Origin: Podarcis liolepis
Taxonomy: Eukaryota
Assembly: GCA_965112155.1 (NCBI GenBank)
Contig: OZ218101.1
DNA: 64,000 nt
Reading direction: 5' to 3' (one strand)
This document shows positions 61,496-64,000 of this stretch, in pieces. Under the pieces are notes generated by a model. It was given only the letters and a program-made list of their open reading frames with translations. It did no database searches and was not told the origin of the DNA. Within the stretch, counting starts at the first letter, position 1, and every line of letters starts with the position of its first letter. The position numbers and the translations under genes were made by a program.

Positions 61496-61644
61496 GTGGG
61501 TGGAAAGCTCCCTCCAAATCACAGTGGCAGGAGTGATTTCCTACATGTACATCATGCTACACAATCATCTTCCCAAATTCACCTTAGCAGCTAAGTGGTA
61601 TTTATTTGGTGGGGGCCCTTATGAAGTTGCAAGATTAGAAAACA

Positions 61645-62262
61645 ACAGCCAACAGTGTGATGCAGCAGCAAAAAAAAGCTAATGCCATTCTAGGCTGCAT
61701 CAACAGAAGTATAGTGTCCAGGTAAAGGGAAGTAATAGTATGACTCTCTACTGCCTTGGTCGGACCACACCTGGAATGCCGTGTCCAACTCTGGGCATCA
61801 CAATTTAAGAAGGTTGTTGACAAGCTAGAACATGTGCAGAGGAGGGCGACCAAGATGATCAAGGGTCTGGAAACCAAGCCTGATGAGGAACGGCTGCAGG
61901 AGCTAAGTATGTTTAGATTGGACAAGAGGAGACTGAGAGGAGATAAGAGAGCCATTTTCGAATAACTCAAGAGCTGCCACATGGAAGAGGAAACAAGCTT
62001 GGTTTCTCCCGCTCTGAAGGATAGGACTCAAACCAAGGGCTTCAGGTTACAAGAAAGGAGATTCCAACAAACATCAGGAAGAACTTTCTGACAGTATGAG
62101 CTGTTTGACAATGGAACGGTCTCCCTTGGGAATTCCTTCCTTGGAATTTGTTAAGCAAAGCTTGGGTGGCCATCTGTTATAGTGGAAATTCCTGCATTGT
62201 ATGGGGTCTGACTAGCTGACCCTTGGAGTCCCTTACAACTCTATAATTCTATGATTCTATGA
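61645..62262 (+). mobile_element. CR1 LINE 3' part
   Basis: [36 protein letters not shown]...KRRLRGD, ending in (attctatg)n. Confidence 0.93.
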
Positions 62263-63402
62263 AAAATGAAACAATCAGTCACTAGGTATTTGCAATTCCT
62301 TCCCAATTTTTATGCTTCTTCCAAATCCTGCATCAGAACTGGTGTCCTGGCCCCATTTCCAGTTTATTCTGAACTCAAGAAACGTGCCCAATGCAATGCT
62401 ATATATGTTGAATAAGTACTACTTATTATCTCCCCAAAGACAAAGAAATGGAAAACAGTGTGACACATATGAACTTGATAATGTGATTTACATGTGAAAG
62501 TGCCCCTATGGTTTGATTTGCATATGAAAGAATCCCAAGACACAAAACAAAGGATTAGAAAGCATGGCAAGAGTGCTATTAGCATAGAGAACAGAGATTG
62601 TCCTACAGACCAACCTTTTTAAAGAATTTCGGTATATTTATCACTCACAAGTAGATAGCTCTAGTGGGTTTTTATTGCTGTAAAGGAAGGGGAGGGAAGA
62701 GAAAAAGTTTTTTATCATCTAAAAGGGAGGCACACTCACTGAAGACATAAATGTCTGGATCTGCAGTCAGTTCTCCTTGACTTTTGCTCCGCCACTCCTT
62801 TAATGTGCACATTTCAAGAAATAGCAGGATCTGCCTACCCTGGCTGATGAAAATGTGTGTGAATACGACTTAGCAACCCAAAAGCAGAGTCCATTACAGA
62901 GGTGGTGAAAGATTCGTCTCACTAGTAGAACACAGGATGGCTACGTCTGTCCATCCAGCTGATCCAAACCAAATTGAATTCATTGGCATAGAGAATTCAA
63001 TATTCTAACAGCTCCCCATGCACCAAACCCCATGGAAACAAATGCTCCCTAGCTATACCAGCCTGGTGGTAATAAAACATTATTGGGATATATAGTTGGA
63101 CAGACTGTAAATAATAGAGAGATGGGCTCCCTTTCCATCACTATGGGTGGAGCATCATCTCACAAAAAGCCTGTCACCAAGGAAGAGCATCGAGGTCAAG
63201 GAACACAGGAAAACACGATCCACAGATGTGCTACCTGTCTGCACCTACCTGCCATTAAGAGGGGGTCAGGGAAGGGGGGGAACACCCCACCCTCTTTCAT
63301 GAGCATCCGCAGGTCTCTTGCGAAGCACCTGAGCAGTTCCTGTGGCAGCAAGCTATGATAAAGATCTGCCTTGCACTCTGAGGTTTGAAGGCCAGGATCA
63401 TA

Positions 63403-63842
63403 AGGTATGTTCAGCCTGGATAAGAGATGACTGAGAGGAGATACGACAGCCATCTTCAAATTTCTAAAGGGCTGACCCATGGAAGATGGAGCAATCTTGG
63501 TTTCTCCCGATACAGAGGGGAGGACCTGAACTAATCAAGTTACAAGAAAGGAGATTCTCAGTTTACAAAAGTCCGTGCATTGTAAACCTTTTAAAAATAT
63601 TTTAAAAGAAAGAAAGAAAGGAGATTCCCACTAGACATAGGAAGAACTTTCTGATGCTAAGAGCTGCTGGACAATGGAATGGGCTCCCTTGGGAAGTGGT
63701 GGACTCTCCTTCCTTGGGGGTTTTTAAGAAGAGCTTGGATGGCCATCTGTCATGGAAGATCTAGTTGAGATTCCTGCATTGCAGGGGGGTTGGACTAGTT
63801 GATCCTTAGGGTCCCTCCCAACTCTACAGTTCTGTGATTCTG
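63403..63842 (+). mobile_element. CR1 LINE 3' end with a 56-bp nested insertion
   Basis: ggtatgttcagcctgga.aagaga.gactgagaggagat...ccaactctacagttctgtgattct. Confidence 0.9.
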
Positions 63843-64000
63843 TGTAATCAAGAAGGTGAGGGTCTGGCTACAGAGAAAAACTCTCAGGCTCTGCCAGAGG
63901 AGCACCACATGTTCTAGCATATGGGAACTTTTTTTTTTTACCAATTTCTAGTTTGTCTTCATTGGCTTCAGTGTCCTTCCAACATCAGCACACAAGTGCT

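Overview
This is eukaryotic DNA, not prokaryotic: squamate reptile, most likely a lacertid lizard (Podarcis/Lacerta/Zootoca-like), judged from the Sauria/Squam1 SINE, a (CTT)n-tailed Squam3-type SINE, BovB and CR1. The window is repeat-rich and intergenic or deeply intronic, and I recognise no intact host protein-coding gene. It holds CR1, RTE/BovB, RTE-X-like, L2 and Penelope retroelements, an internally deleted Gypsy LTR element, many Tc1/mariner, hAT and Harbinger-type MITEs, microsatellites and several AT-rich blocks that look like enhancers. The main finding is a 1458-bp non-autonomous hAT (Charlie/Buster-type) transposon at 9178-10635. It has perfect 15-bp TIRs and a perfect 8-bp TSD, and most of its transposase gene has been replaced by about 1 kb of host DNA: the CpG-island upstream region/5'UTR, coding exon 1 (MTELQSALLLRRQLA) and start of intron 1 of UBE2G1. 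This cargo lies in sense upstream of the retained last 41 transposase codons and an AATAAA signal, making it a vertebrate 'Pack-hAT' gene-capture element and a possible chimeric transcription unit. Other notable items are a Penelope pLTR minimal hammerhead ribozyme, a palindromic 90-bp array inside a Tc2-like MITE, a gag-only mini-Gypsy, a hAT/TcMar chimeric MITE and a cluster of RFX X-boxes. All family names come from recognition by eye, not database searches.
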